Shown here piece by piece: positions 1 to 14,246 of a DNA stretch of 64,000 nt. Numbering within the stretch: the first letter of the stretch is position 1; the number at the start of each line of letters is the position of its first letter. The stretch is from Nageia nagi (lineage: Eukaryota; Plantae; Pinophyta). Location: assembly GCA_050084985.1 (NCBI GenBank), contig JBITNC010000001.1, positions 43,834,001-43,898,000 of the forward strand, in the 5' to 3' direction. The notes below the pieces were generated by a model. That model searched no databases, was not told where the DNA came from, and saw nothing but the letters and a program-made list of their open reading frames with translations. The position numbers and the translations under genes are program-made.

Positions 1-111
1 GCAGCCCAAATATTGAAAGAAAAATTATTTATTATATATATATTTTGATATAACAAAAAACATTATTTTGAATTTTAATATATAGAACAAAAAAATAAAC
101 AATGTATTTTT

Positions 112-347
112 GTAATATATATATGTATATATATATATATACCCCTTGTTTTTCATAAGAAAGAAAAAAAACTTTATGTATAAAAAAAATGCAATTTCTA
201 TTATTGAAATATGAATGGTTTATATATATATATGTATGTATGTATGTATGTATATAAAATTGCACTTATTATATACTAACTTCTCAACAAAAGGTAAGAA
301 TAAAAAATGCAAATAAGAAGTTAGTGTGTGTGTGTGTGTGTGTGTAT
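112..347. repeat. Microsatellite cluster: (TA)n, (TATG)n, (TG)n
   Basis: Runs read directly at ~114-140, ~220-255 and ~325-346. Confidence 0.9.
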
Positions 348-574
348 ACCCTAAAAAATAATGCATCATATTATCAAAGTTGCAAAAAAATAAACTAACA
401 CATAGAACAAAATATGTTATACCAATTTGAAGGATATTATATGAAGGAGACTATACTTTCTCTTGAATTTACCTCACAATGAAGAGTAGGTTTAAGAATG
501 AAGACCTCCAAGTTGAAAATGAATCTCCAAACTAAGGATGTGAAGAGGAGCTTCCAAGGTGCTCTAATATCAAA

Positions 575-1076
575 TGAGAAAATTGAACTATAACAAGAAC
601 AATCTTAAACTCCCAAGATCATATGAAAGCTCACAATTCACATCTAACAAACTTACAAATAAGACAATCTCACAAAGTGATACAATATGTAAGTGGTTCC
701 TCCAACTAGGAGTACATCCACTAACTAGATCTCACTTCATTCACAAATAAAATTCTCTTATGATCCTCCTAATCACAAATCCTATTCTTTATTCTATAGC
801 GTAAATTTACTCCACAATTGGTGTGTGATCACAAAGAGGGAGCCTTTTATTTATAGGCCAAAATCTCTCTTTGGATCACCCTTTTATCCAATGTACAAAA
901 GCATAACATGCATATCCTTTCACCCAAGGTGCATGCTCATGACATGGAGTGTAAGATAAGTTACATTATTATATTCATTTCAATACTTAAGGTATAAAAT
1001 GATACCCTTAAGTATTAGCGAAATTACATAGTATATTAATACAAACCTTTGCAATAATGAATTATACATTCCAATA
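575..1076 (-). mobile_element. LTR of family A (copy 1) with adjacent tRNA-Met PBS
   Basis: GCTCTAATATCA at 561-572 is a degenerate reverse complement of TGGTATCAGAGC. The LTR shares blocks with 34457-34898 and 58227-58723 (cccaagat, agtacat..actaacta, ctatttatag, attatacattcca). Confidence 0.75.
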
Positions 1077-1849
1077 ACATGGCAAGAGCTTCAAATGAAT
1101 TAATTTTGTCTTATGTTATTCCCCATCTTTGACTTAGTTGCAACATGATGGAAATCTCATTATAGGAGCAATCCAAGGTAAAGAAAAAGGTACCTAAAAA
1201 GAGCTTAAACAAGAAATGTTTTTGTGAAATATATATGAAGTATAACCATTTGATCATCATGATATGGAAAGTATGATAAGTGATAAGTAAGCAAACTTAT
1301 CCTTGGTAACTTACCTACCAAGATGAGATGAAGATGATAAGTAATTTAGATTTATTAGTTTGATTTTCAAAGCTAACATATTACCATGGATTTTGATATG
1401 AATGGAACTTTCTTACAAAGATATCAAATGATAATATTGACCCTTCCTTTCAAAGGCATCTAAGATAAGAATAATTAGCTTAATTGCCCCAAGCCACCAA
1501 GTTTCCATGAATTTATTGATAAGAGCACCCCTTCCTTACAAAAGAGGCTAATGATATGAACAAAAAATGAAATACCAATTTGAAATATTTTGATAAGCAA
1601 CTTATTTAACTGAAATAAAATGAAAGTAAAGGAAAAAACTACATTTTTTGTTGATTTATCTTGATATGGAAATGAAGATCAATTTTTGAATTGTTTTGGT
1701 AAACTAAATCTAGCAACATCACCAGGAATGCAAAGACATTGCCCAATTATAAGTTCACTTTCCTAAAATGTTAGTATGAAATAATAAAGATATGTATAGT
1801 TTTATAAAAAGATTAGACATAAAACTTTTTTAGATGCATAAAATTGATT

Positions 1850-4800
1850 AGATTTTGTTCTTCTTTACCATCAATTTAAAATAATTTATACACATCTTTT
1901 TCAAAATTTGCAATGATAATGTAAGGACCTATTCAATTAGGTTTGAACTTACCTTTCTTTTTATTTTCTAGAGCCATAGTGTTAGCAAGGTTTTCCTTTA
2001 AGACTACACCACCAAATTTAAATTATTTAGGCTCGATCCTTTTGCTATAGGATCTTTAGATTTTGGAATGGTAGATACGAAGGTGTCCTAGAGTATTAGC
2101 CTAGTTTTCATCTAGGACCTCTAGTTAGGATAGTCTAGCTTTTCTTCTACCCTCATCAGGAATGAGATCATCTAGTGACACACGAAGAGATAGGATCTCT
2201 AACACAAGGGGAACTATAACTTCATTACCATACATAAAGGAGAAAGGAGTTACCCTTATGAAAATTTGTATACTTGTTCTATAAACCCAAAAAGCATAAG
2301 GGAGTTGTTCATGCCAATATTTACCATGTTTTGCAATAGTTTTAGATAATATACTCTTAATGACCTTGTTAGAAGCTTCAGCTTGACTATTACCTTAGTG
2401 ATAATATGTAGTAGAAAATTCCATTCCATATGGTATTTAGCATAAATTCTTTAACATCATTACCTTTAATGTTTGGATCATTATCCATGAATAATTTAGA
2501 AGGAACACCATATCTAGAAATGATAAATTCAATAAGAAATTCAACAATCTTACCTCCTTTTGCAGACTACATGGGTATAGCCTCCACCCATTTTGTGAAA
2601 TATTATGTAGTTGTAATGATAAAATTATGTTCATATCTTGAAATAAGGTTAATTTTACCAATAAAATCAAGTTCCTAAATAGAAAAAGGCCAATGAGATA
2701 CAATAGAATGCAAACCATGAGAAGGAGAGGGTTGAAGACTAGCATTCTTTTGACATTGTTCACATTTTTTGATATGTAATTAATAATCTTCAAGAATAGT
2801 AGGCCGATAATAACCTATTCTAAGCAAATTTTGATAAATAAATTTAACACTAAAGTGTCCACCATATTCACCATCATGAGCTTAATTAAGAGTCATATAT
2901 ACTTCATGCCTCATTATACATCTAAGAAGAGCACCATCAAAAGACCTTCTATAAAATGAATCACCTAATATGATATAATTAATATCTAGTTTTTTAAATA
3001 TAATCCTAGAATTATTATAAAAAAAAAAAGGAATAACACCTTTTTTAAGCTAATTGAAAGCATCTTAATACCATTCACATGCATTGATACAAGTAGCAGA
3101 AAAATAATGATCTTTAATAAAATCTTCAACAACAAAAACATGGGAAGAATTATCAATATTTTTGATTATGAGAATGGCCTCTTTATATTCTATGGAAGTA
3201 GGATAAAGGAAGTGACACTAGCCATGGCATCAACATACTGGTGTTGTCTCTTGGAATGTTATCGATTTCATACTCATTGAACTAGACAAGGAGATTCTCT
3301 ACCATTTTCTTGTATGGTTGCAACGTGGGATATTTGGTGTTGTTAATGTTGGATACTTGCTTCACAAGGAGCTGAGAATCACCAAATATTTTGATCCTTT
3401 TAACTTTTAGTAGTATTCCAACCTTCAAACCTAAAATAAGAGCTTCATATTTTTCCATATTGTTAGTACATTCAAAACTTGAATGATAAGCCATAGGGAT
3501 AACATCATGGTTAGGGTTGATAAGGATAATTCCTATCCCATATTTATGAATGCACTTAGAACCATTAAATATTAGGTTACATTCATCCTTTTTAGTGAAA
3601 CCAAAAAACATTTATGGATACTCATGCTCAACAATAGAACGATAGTGCATGGTTGTAATTAAAGTGCATAATTTAGGGATATTTTGGACATAAATTTTAT
3701 ATAGAAATTGTTCCTATGTGCTAGATAAATTCATTTCATGGGTGATTGGTAATAAAATATACTATAGCCTATCCCTTTATGAAATTATATGTGATAAATA
3801 CCAAATTGAATTCTTGAAGCAACATTATCCATTTTGCATCCCTTTCAAAAAATTAGGACTTAGATATGTGATATTTGAGAGGATCTTCTTAAACTATGAC
3901 ATAAGTTGTATTTCCAAGCATGTAATGTATTAATTTTTTGGTTGAGAGGACTATATAAAAATACATCTTTTCAATCAGAGTATGCCCTATCTCATAATCT
4001 CAAGTAAAGTTTTGCTAATGTAGTAGATTGATATTTACTTGCTATTATCATCCTTTGGAGCTAGCATGGCCTCTAATGCACTTAATGTTGTTGAACATAA
4101 AGTAGCAAACTCTTATCTGAATTAGAGGGTGCTAAAATTGGAGCATTAGTAAGATACCTTTTGATTTTATCCACATTTTTTTGATCCCAAATATATTTCT
4201 CACCTTTCTTCAGCAAATGAGAAAATGGAGAAGTCATATCTACTAATTGAGCAATGAACCTTTTGACTACTTATACTTTCCCTTGAATACATTTAAATTT
4301 ATTCAAGTTATTAAGAGGAGGAAAATCAATAGTATTTGAAACTTTCTTGGGGTCCACCTCTATACTTCTTCTTGAAACAAGGAACCTAAGCAATTTACTT
4401 GATGAAACTGTAAATGCATAGTTTTGAGGCTTCAATTTTAACTTATACTCTCTCATTCATTGGAATATCTTTCTCAAATATGAAATGTGGTCATCTTTGG
4501 TTATGGACTTGGCTCAACTATCATCAACATACACCTCAACACTATCATGGATTAGATCATAGAACATACTCACCATGGCTCTCTGATAAGTTGCACCTAC
4601 ATTCTTTAGACCAAAAGGTATGACCACCCAACAAAATATGCCCCAAGAAGTAACAAAATATATCTTATGTTGGTCCTCTTTATTAATACTAATTTGATTA
4701 TAGCCAAAAAATCCACCCATGAAAGATAAAACTTCATAGCCTATTGTTGAGTCTACAATCATATCAATGTTAGGCAAAGGAAAGACATCTTTTAGACATG

Positions 4801-5700
4801 CCTTGTTGATATCCCTAAAATCTATACATCTAATTTCACTATTATGTTTAGCTATGGGCATAATGTTAGAAATACATGGATAATAATGAATAATGAAACT
4901 AGTAACAAGGTACTTCTCAATTTCCTTTTTAATAGCAAAGGCTACCCTAGGATGCATCTTTCTAAGTTTTTGTTGAACAGGTTTGACATCTTCATTGATA
5001 ACTAGGCTATAAGTGAGAAAGTCAAGATAAAGACCAGGCATATTAGAATAAGATCAAGGAAATATATCATAAAACTCTTAAAAATTAGGTAGTACCTTTC
5101 TTATTCCTTCAAGGGAAACAAAGCTCCTATTTTGATCAACTATCTATCCTCTTGGGTACCAATATTAACTTTTATTATTTCTTCACTAAGTTAGGATATC
5201 TCATCACTGAGTTAGGGTGGTATAAGCACTACCCCTAGTCCTACATCCAAACTTAGACATAAGAGATGGGAATAATGGAATGATAATTCTAATAACCCAA
5301 CATTGTCACCCCATTAAGGGATGAGAAGATAGATTATGAAAGAAAGATGACCTAGACTTAGGATTGATTTGATGAAAAATGAACAAAACATGAATAAAAA
5401 TGAACACTAATGAATGAAAAATGAATAGAAATAAAGGAAATGGTGAGGCTATAACCTATAATATTTTCATCATCTATGTATACCTCCTCACCAAAGTATG
5501 CTTGATGTTGCAAGAACAATACTGTGAGTCCCTTTTCAATAGATTTGGGGAACTCACTTTGTGCCCCTAGCTTCTCAAGGATGGCATCATCAATATTGAA
5601 AATATCCACTCAAACCAAAGCTATAGGATGTAGGAATGAATCTTCATAAAGTAGATAGTACATGTCATTGTAATACAATCTTTATGATACCAACACCATG
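1850..5700 (-). mobile_element. Degenerate Ty3/gypsy pol, Tat lineage (RT-RNaseH-additional RNase H-integrase)
   Basis: RT at 4514-5041 (IDFRDINKACLKDVFPLP, PFGLKNVGATYQR, VYVDD). Additional RNase H at 3282-3611 (FECTNN..YEALILGL, GDSQLLVKQV). Integrase remnants at 2200-2900 and KKGKFKPN*IGPY near 1920-1960. Many stops and frameshifts. Confidence 0.9.
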
Positions 5701-5940
5701 AGAATAAATTCCAAATAGCCCATTCCTATGACATACATGTAAGTATAGGTAAAGTATATCATCTCAAACTTTATCATATATTATATATTTATAAAACTTA
5801 GATATTTCATGTCATGATATATATATACTTTGAAAATCTGGCATACTTTCTTATATCTATGATTTCTTCATGATTATATTTCAAATGCAATATATTTTCT
5901 ACTCATGATGTCTTCAAAAAACCATAAGCACACATGTCAA

Positions 5941-6330
5941 AAAACCCTTATTACTTTAGGGTAAGAAAGTACCCACTTTTCTTAGGGAAATAAGAAAAAT
6001 AATGAAATCCTTATTAGTTTAGGGTAATCAAGTACCCACTTTGCTTGAGGAAATATGCAAAATAGAAAAACCCTTATTACTTTGAGGCAATAAAGTACCC
6101 ATTTTTCTTAGAGACATAATTAAAGTAATAAAACCCTTATTACTTTAGGGCAAGGAAGTATCCACTTTCTTGGGGATAGAAGCAAACTTTTATATCATGT
6201 TATGTTAAGTTATATTATGTTATGTCATGTTATGCTATGTTATGTTATATCATGTTATGTTATATTATGTTATGCTATGTTAAGTCATGTTATGCTATGT
6301 TATATTATATCATGTTATGAATGCTATCAT
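5941..6330 (+). repeat. ~63-66 bp tandem repeat x4, followed by a (TTATG)n-like array
   Basis: Unit aaacccttattactttagggtaag..agtacccactttt recurs at ~5943, 6005, 6068 and 6131. Pentamer array at ~6190-6330. Confidence 0.85.
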
Positions 6331-6650
6331 CATGTTATCATTGTTATCATCTTGTTGTAATTGTCATCTTGTTATTTATTAATACTAAATTCCTTTAAAA
6401 GATATGATATATGCAAGTATGTTTCTTTCATATTTTGTAGGTTATATCTCACAATATATGTTTACCTTGGCTTCCCCATCCCTGGAGCTTTCCTAGGGAA
6501 ACCAAGTCAAAAAGGGTGCATGAAGGAGGCAATAAGTTGATAGCATACATAGATCATTCAAGGAAGTGCTCTTTAAATTCTATTGGAAATTTTTCTACAC
6601 TTCTTTAATTCTTTGGATTATGTAATTTCAATGATTTTCATTACATGTCC

Positions 6651-7390
6651 AAAGAGGGGCAAAATGTAGATGACTAAAAATGATTTATTACTTATTAATA
6701 AAAAATATTTTAAGTATCTATGCTATATATTATTTAAATAATGCAAATATCTATAATATCAAGAATAATAATTAAATGCTAAACATATGCTAATCAAGGC
6801 TAATATCTCTCTATCATGTTTATATTTAGAATTATTTTGAGAATATCATTAATATTGTATATTCTTCTATAATTTTATTGTGATGATTATTATTACTTAA
6901 AAGTTAGCTCTCACTCTCTCTTTTTTCCTTTTAATTATAAAAGAATGTTTAGAACACAATAACCCCTATTGGATCTATCTAATAGGTGGTTGTCCATATA
7001 TCGATCATACTAGACTTATGGTGTCTCTAGATGCCACCTATTTGAGGATTTGTTATGCTCTAAACTTCTATTACATGCTATACTTTGCATGTGATCTAAT
7101 TATGTGGGTTTTAAGGTCTCAATATCATAAGGTTTGCATGTTTCTCATGTTGTGATTATTGACAATCCATAGCTATAGATAAAAGAGATGATACACATAT
7201 ATTAGGTCCATTGAATATCATCCCCATGGTGACCTTTGATTCAATCCAATCCTTTATACCATACCTTGAGGATTACGTTATCATAATCAAGTGCAAACTT
7301 ATCATTTATTCATCATTATAATTGAAAAAGTACATCTTGAGTAGAATTATTTATGTTTATATTATTATTTACATAATTTGGGGTTTACCT
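6651..7390 (+). mobile_element. PPT plus 3' LTR of a Tat/Ogre-like element
   Basis: Purine tract AAAGAGGGGCAAAA (6651-6664) is followed by TGTAGA at 6665. The right boundary is approximate. Confidence 0.55.
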
Positions 7391-7609
7391 AATGAGTGAA
7401 TGAAGGAGCTTGCTTTCTAGAAGGGCATTATTGGCTTGATGTAATAGTAGAGGAGTTGAAGACATGTTGATGAGCATAGATAAAAGTGTGTGTTAGTATT
7501 TATAGTAAGAAAAATATGTATTATGTGCTCAAACTATTCAATTAACTCAGAAATATATGGTTGATATTTTTTCTTTGATCCATACACTTGATATGAATAA
7601 CATCATATT

Positions 7610-10600
7610 TGTTAACAACCCTAATATGAATACATTAGGTGTTGTATTTAATAATAATATTTTATATTTTCTACTAATGTTGTTTTGGTTATTGGGTGGT
7701 TCCTCCTATAACCTCTCTCTTTGCCTCCTTCAAATAGGAGTGTTTCATTGTAAGTTGGTGATCTCTCTCATTAAATATATTATGGAGTTTCCTTCAGATG
7801 CCATGGGTCTCTTTTAGTGGTATTAGAGCCATGTTGTGAAACTCCATGCCTTTTCTATATCCAAGGTGTGTGTATAGTTTATTTGAGATCTACATTAGCA
7901 TTTGAGTGAGGCTAGATATTATTTGCAATCCATGTTGAAAATAGGTTTGAGAAACTATTGTAAAACTTGCAGTGTCCAATTTGAATGTTAAAGTGAGGGC
8001 AAGGGTATCATGTGTATAGTATTATGAAGTGTGACCAAACCACCATGTTGTGTAAATACCTTCACCACCTCTCACACTGCACATCAAATTTCAAATTTCA
8101 AGGAATGCCAAGTTTTTTGGTAATCTAAAATTATCATATTCAATGCAAAAGCTAGTGATAAGATTGTATGATTGATTATGGACATGCTCTTGTTCAGCCA
8201 ATGGCCTACTAGATGTTGTTTTAACTTGCATCTTGGTGTTGTATGTGACTATGACATGAGGTGTGAAAACTTTATTGAAAATTTTATTACTATCAGACAT
8301 GTTGAGAACCTACTAATGTCAGACATGGTAGATAGGGTTGCATGATTATGTTGAGTCTTTGGTGACTATTCATGGAGAATAGCAGAGATTGAGTAGCAAA
8401 AGAAATGCATTAGCCCATGCTAGTATTCTAGTATCATATTGATTTTCCAATCCTTTATCTATAATGATGATTGAAAATAAAATCTAGGAGAGATGAAAAC
8501 CTACCAAAATATTCATTTTTTTTACATGTGAATTACAAAAGATTTTAGAGCACTATTTTTTGATTAATAATGATTGAGATTGCTATTTTCATATTATCTA
8601 TAGTATTTAAAAAAATTGATTTTATTTCAAATTGGGTTTTTTACATAATAGAAGTTTCATTTAAATATCAAGGCAAATAGCAAGGCAGTTTCAATAGTGT
8701 ATTGGTAAAGTTACTAAATTGACTAAAAGAGGTCATTAGTTCAAATCTTATTGAGGATATTTTTATGGGTGTTCTTTATTTTTTTGGATAAATAAGGCAT
8801 TTATTTACTATGCATACACAAGGGTGTTATAATGTACTTGTAGAACATTTGGCTTTTGTTAATTTTGAAGAATTTGATTGAGATGTTAAAATTTTTGGCT
8901 TCAAGTGGTATTTTAGAGATTGAAGATCTATGTCATTGAACATCAATTATCTTATGAGCCTTATTTTGACATAGATGTAGAATTATCTTTTGGTGAATAT
9001 GCAACAAGTTATCCTTATAGTCCTGTTATAAATGATAGTGAACCAAAAGAGAAATCTATGGGTGAAAATAATCTTGTATTAGATTCAACTCCAAAGGTAA
9101 TTGAAATATGTTATGAATCTTTTGAATCCTATGTTCTTGCACTGCAACCTCCTAATGTTTTTATCATATGTAATAATTCTAAAGAGCACCAGTTTGAACC
9201 TATGGAAATGAAACAAAATTTGATGTAAATGCTTTACTCTTTCTTACTTGATCTTTGTTAATGAGTAATGAAAGCATTTTATATTTTTGGTTTAATTTTT
9301 TCTTTGATACAAATGATATATAGTGATTTGTGTTTAAGAAACTTACCATAAACTCTCTTGTAAGCATAATCAATGTTCTTTTGACTAGTAAATAAAATTG
9401 GTCCAAATGGTACCAAATCCAAAAGAACTAGTAGTTTAGAAAGGCACATATACACTATGTCTAATGCAATCAAAATGGTCATGAGTTTACCTATCACACA
9501 CCTTGGGAGAAGATAAAAGAATATAGAGAGAAATGAGAACAACAAGGGAAGAAGAATAGGTCTTCTACATCTACTCATTTCATTATTGCCAAATGTAATG
9601 TGTGTCTTAAAGACCTTTTGAATACATCATTTGCATTTTGGAAAGATGTGTGGTTGTTTGATATTGGTGCTTCTTGTCACATGTATTTTTGAAGGGATTT
9701 TTTTAAGAACTCAATTTTGATATTGATGGAGCAATCTACTTTGTAGATAGATCACATATTAATCTATATGGGATTGTATCCATTAGGCTTTGATTACTAG
9801 GGTATCAAGATTTTATTCTTCATAATATCCTCTATCTTCCTAAACTTTGGAAAAATTTTCTTTCTCTTGTTCTTGGTTGCCAACAAGGTCACTTTATACA
9901 TATGTTTGATGGTAAAGTGGAGATAATAAGATCATCTAACAACATGGTTTTCATGAATGGTTTTGAATATGAGAAGTTGTTGAAGCTACAAGGTACTTCT
10001 GTTTGATCCAAAAACTATTATTTTTTGGCTAGCTCATCAAGAAAAAGGTACTCTTTCCTCCTATCTATTATGGCATGCTAGATTTGGCCATTTCAATTTT
10101 AATGATCTTAATTTGTTGAAGCATTGAGGTTTTTCTAGCTTACCCACTATTCCTAAGAACATTGAACCTTGTGAAGCATGTATCTTAGGAAAGCATTGCA
10201 AGCAACCCTTTGTAAATACTACATGGAGAGCATGTAGGAAACTTAAGCTCATTCACTTTGATATTTGTGGTCCACTTCCTATTCCTTCAATTATCGATAA
10301 CCACTATCTTATGAATTTCATGAATGACTATTCAATAATGTGTTGGGTTTATTTGTTAAAACATAAGTTTGATGCCTTTACCAAATTTCATGATAGTGTA
10401 GAAAATGAAGCCCAAGCTCATATTGGTACTTTTCATTTTGATAATAGGGGGAGTATACTTCTACTAAGTTTGAAACCTATTTACATCAACATGGATTCAA
10501 ACATTAGACCATTGTTTCCTATAATCCTCTACAAAATGGTGTTGCTAATGCATGAATAGGACTCTTTTGAATATGGCTCATGCAATGTTATTTTTTAAAA

Positions 10601-13139
10601 ATGTGAAATTAATGTTTTGGGATGATGCAGTTCAATGTGTTGTCTATTTGTGAAATATATGCCCTTCTCATGCTCTTGTAGATAAGACTCCTTTTGAAAT
10701 GTGGTTTGGTCATGTTTTTTGATGTGACATCTAAAGATTTTTGGTTTCACTTGTTATACCTTCATTCCTAAGGAACAATCCAACAAACTTGGTACCTGAA
10801 GTCAAAAATGCATTTTCTTGGGTATTCAGATACTAACAAAGGTTACAAACTCTATGACAAGGTAAATAAGAAATTTCTTTTTACCAAAGATGTTATTTTC
10901 TTGAATCTTCCAAGAATAATGATGTAGTGAAGTGACAACTTGATCATCTTGATTGATTTATCCATAGATATAGTTATTTTGAAGCTAAATATGAGATTCT
11001 AAATCTTGAAGGGGGTATCCCTATCCTAAAACAAAATTTGGAATATACACTTGTTCCTAAAGAGCAAGCACTTCCTCCAAAAAATGTGCCTAGTTCATCA
11101 GTTCTTGTACCAAAAAACTGATACATCAAGTGATAGAAGGTATTGGTAGGTTGAGCCTTGATGGGATTGAAGCTCCTCTTACTCAGCCATCTAAGAAACT
11201 AGGAACCTTGTACAAAGTTCCAAAATGTGTCTTTAGGACACTTGAGGATGTCATATTGATGAAATGGGAAAGATTAGAACATGGAATTCCTACCAGTCTA
11301 GAGAACATAATGAAGTAGTAGAAGATTCGGTGTCATGTATTTCAAATCATGATTTGGATTATGCTTTTGATTTGGAATTAAATTATTTTGCTAATTTTGA
11401 ACTAACTTCCTTCAAAGAGGTTATTTTTCATGATGTTTGGAAAGATGCCATGAAGAAAGAATTTTATGCTCTCATAAAGAATGGAACATGGAAGTTGATG
11501 AATCCTCCATATGGAACCAAGCCTATTGGATGTAATTGGGTCTACAAAAATAAGTATAAATCTAACATCTCACTTGAAAAACACAAAGTGAGGCTTGTGG
11601 ATAAGGTATATGCATATAAATAAGGCATTGATTATCATGATACTTTTTCTCCAATAACCAAGTGGGCAACCATTCATTCTTTGTTGGCTATGTCAACTCA
11701 ACATGGGTGGAAGGTACATCAAATGGATGTGAAGACAACATTTTAGAATGGTGATTTGAAGGAGAATGTATACATGATACAACTTGAAGGATTTATAGTA
11801 AAGGGGTAGGAACACAAGGTATGTAAACTCATCAAGTCTTTGTATGGACTTAAACAAGCACCTAATGCATGGTATGAAAAGCTTACTAAATATATTTTCA
11901 AAGTGAATTTCAAGAACTTTAATCTTGATGATGTAACTTTATTTTTCAAGAAAGTTGGCAAGACATTTGTGTATCTTGTGGTATATGTATATGATATTTT
12001 GATAACATGGAATAATGAAGGATTTATTGCATTACTAAAATAAGACTTGAAAAAGGGCTTTGAAATGATTGATATGGGGCATCTTCATTATTATTTGATT
12101 ATTGAAGTGCTTCAAGCATCTCAATATATTTTTATTTCTCAAAAGAAATATGTTGGGGAACTATTGAATAAGCTTGGCATGGTTGATTGTAATCCACTTT
12201 CCACTCCAATGGAATAGAATTTGAAGTTAACATCTATAGAAGGGAATCAATTTGAGGATGATACAAAATATATATAGTTAATTGAAAGTCTCATTTATCT
12301 AACCACTACCAAACCATATATTTCTTTTATCGTTGGAATTCTCTCAAAATTTATGCACAAACTATGTGAAGGGCATTGGATGGCCACTAAGAGAGTCCTT
12401 CATTATTTGAAAGGGATTCAAAATCTTGGTTTAAAATATTCCAAGATAGGATACTTCAATTTGATAGGATATCCTGATTCAAACTTTGATGGTGATAAGG
12501 AAAAAGGAGTTTCCACTTTTGGTTATGTTATGAGTATTGGATCAATAACCATTTCTTGGAGATCATAGAAATAAATAATTCTAGTAGATACCACTACTGA
12601 GGCTAATTATGTGGTTGCTATAGAGAAAAAAAAGGAAATTTTGTGGCTCAAGAAGATACTAGAGGACTTGTAGGAGAAATAAGAACTTCCTACTCCACTA
12701 TTGATTGATAATACTTTTGCAATCAAGTTGGCCAAGAATCCAAAATTTCATCATCGATCAAAACACATCAACATAAGTATCATTTAATTTGATATCATTT
12801 AGAGACAAAAACCATTTGGTTTAAATATTTTTTTATTGAGGATCAAACTATAGACATCTTCACCAAGTCACTTGGAAGAGAGAAGTTTGAGAGATTCAAA
12901 AAAATGCTCAAACTTACACCTACCCCTTCAGATTAAGGGGGGAATGTTAAAAACCCTAATATGAATACATTAGGTGTTGTATTTAAGAATAATATTTCAT
13001 ATTTTCTAATAATTTTATTTTGGTTATTTGGTATTTCCTCCTATAACCTCTCTCTTTGCCTCCTTCAAATTGAAGTTTTTCAATGTAATTTAGTAATCTC
13101 TCTCATTAAATACATTATGGATATAATGGATCTCTTTCA
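7610..13139 (+). mobile_element. Full-length degenerate Ty1/copia element with both LTRs
   Basis: LTRs at 7610-7816 and 12945-13139. TSD ATATT at 7605-7609 and 13140-13144. PBS TGGTATTAGAGCC at 7818-7830; PPT AAGGGGGGAA at 12935-12944. Protease WLFDIGASCHM near 9650, then GAG-pre-integrase/integrase, RT (YGLKQAPNAWY, VVYVYD) and RNase H. Confidence 0.95.
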
Positions 13140-13389
13140 ATATTGAGTTAGAAATAGAGTCATAAATAGAATCAAATGAGTCATTAATAGAGTTAGATTG
13201 CATAAAAAATAAAGGCACATTTAGTTATAAATAACATCAAAAAGTATTTAAAAAATTAAAAAAAAAATTGATTTCATCTCAACATAATGTGTTATAATTT
13301 GCATTAGGTATGTTATGTTTTGGGGTCTGACGCATAAACTAATGTAAAATGGGGTTTATATATAGTGTTTGTTACTAATAAGCTAGAAA

Positions 13390-13570
13390 AATTGTTAATT
13401 ATGATAATTTTTGAGGGTAATGATGAGAGTTTCATTACCCATCAGATAGATAAATTGTTAGTTATGATACTTGATGAGGGTAATGATGAGATTTTCATTA
13501 CCCATCAAGGATCATAATCTATGGTAAAATTTTGGCTTTTAGGGGTAATGATGAGAGTTATATTACCATC
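13390..13570 (+). repeat. Three ~63-65 bp tandem units, each carrying a hairpin
   Basis: GGGTAATGA-8 nt loop-TCATTACCC at 13415-13440 and 13478-13503, with a degenerate third copy at ~13543-13570. Confidence 0.8.
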
Positions 13571-14246
13571 AAAGTCTTTTATTATTGATAATTAATCTGA
13601 ATTAGTAAGCCCTCATCATTAATTTGAGGCCACAAGTCCTTCTTAACTAGAGGCAATCTCTTCATATAATCTTAGTGGGTAAGCCACCAAGGACATGTTT
13701 GATTTCTTATTTGCTATGCTTTAGGATATCTTTGTTATAAAGGAATGCCAAAATATTTGATATTTAATAATATTTGTGAAGTGTTATATTTTAGGATATA
13801 TTTGTTGAGATATGCCAAGATCTTTTGAGAGCTAAGAAGTTTATATGAGATGAAAGCCCTCATCTCTTTTGGTGAGGAACTCTCTTGACATCATCTTGGT
13901 GAGTAAGCCACAAAATACAAGTTTGGTATCTTTTTCTTTCATAATATATATACAATATGATGTTGAATATGTATATTTGAGATATATTATAGAAAATATT
14001 TTCTATTTAAGTGGATTATAGGTTCTTTTATATTTATCTTGGATTTCTTCTATATTAAGATGTTCATCATGTTGCAACCAAGAAAAAGAGGAGATAGAAT
14101 ATTAGCAAAACTTGGGGCATCCAAAGCTACTATTGTGAAGATATAACTCAAGGAGTATTCTTTTACTTAATATTGTTATATTTTACATTTATACTTTCAT
14201 ATTGTTTTGTCCCAAAAGTATCAAATCATATTCAAAGTGAGGAATT

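Noticed and set aside
32-265. 77-aa Tyr/Ile-rich ORF (and similar ones at 25841 and 29327)
   Set aside because: Low-complexity AT or microsatellite artefacts.
7557-13146. Two similar hydrophobic ORFs (7557-7817 and 12961-13146) as a duplicated small gene
   Set aside because: They are the two LTRs of one copia element.
13390-13570. CRISPR-like array of palindromic repeats
   Set aside because: Eukaryotic TE context, the first two spacers are similar to each other, only three units, and no cas genes.
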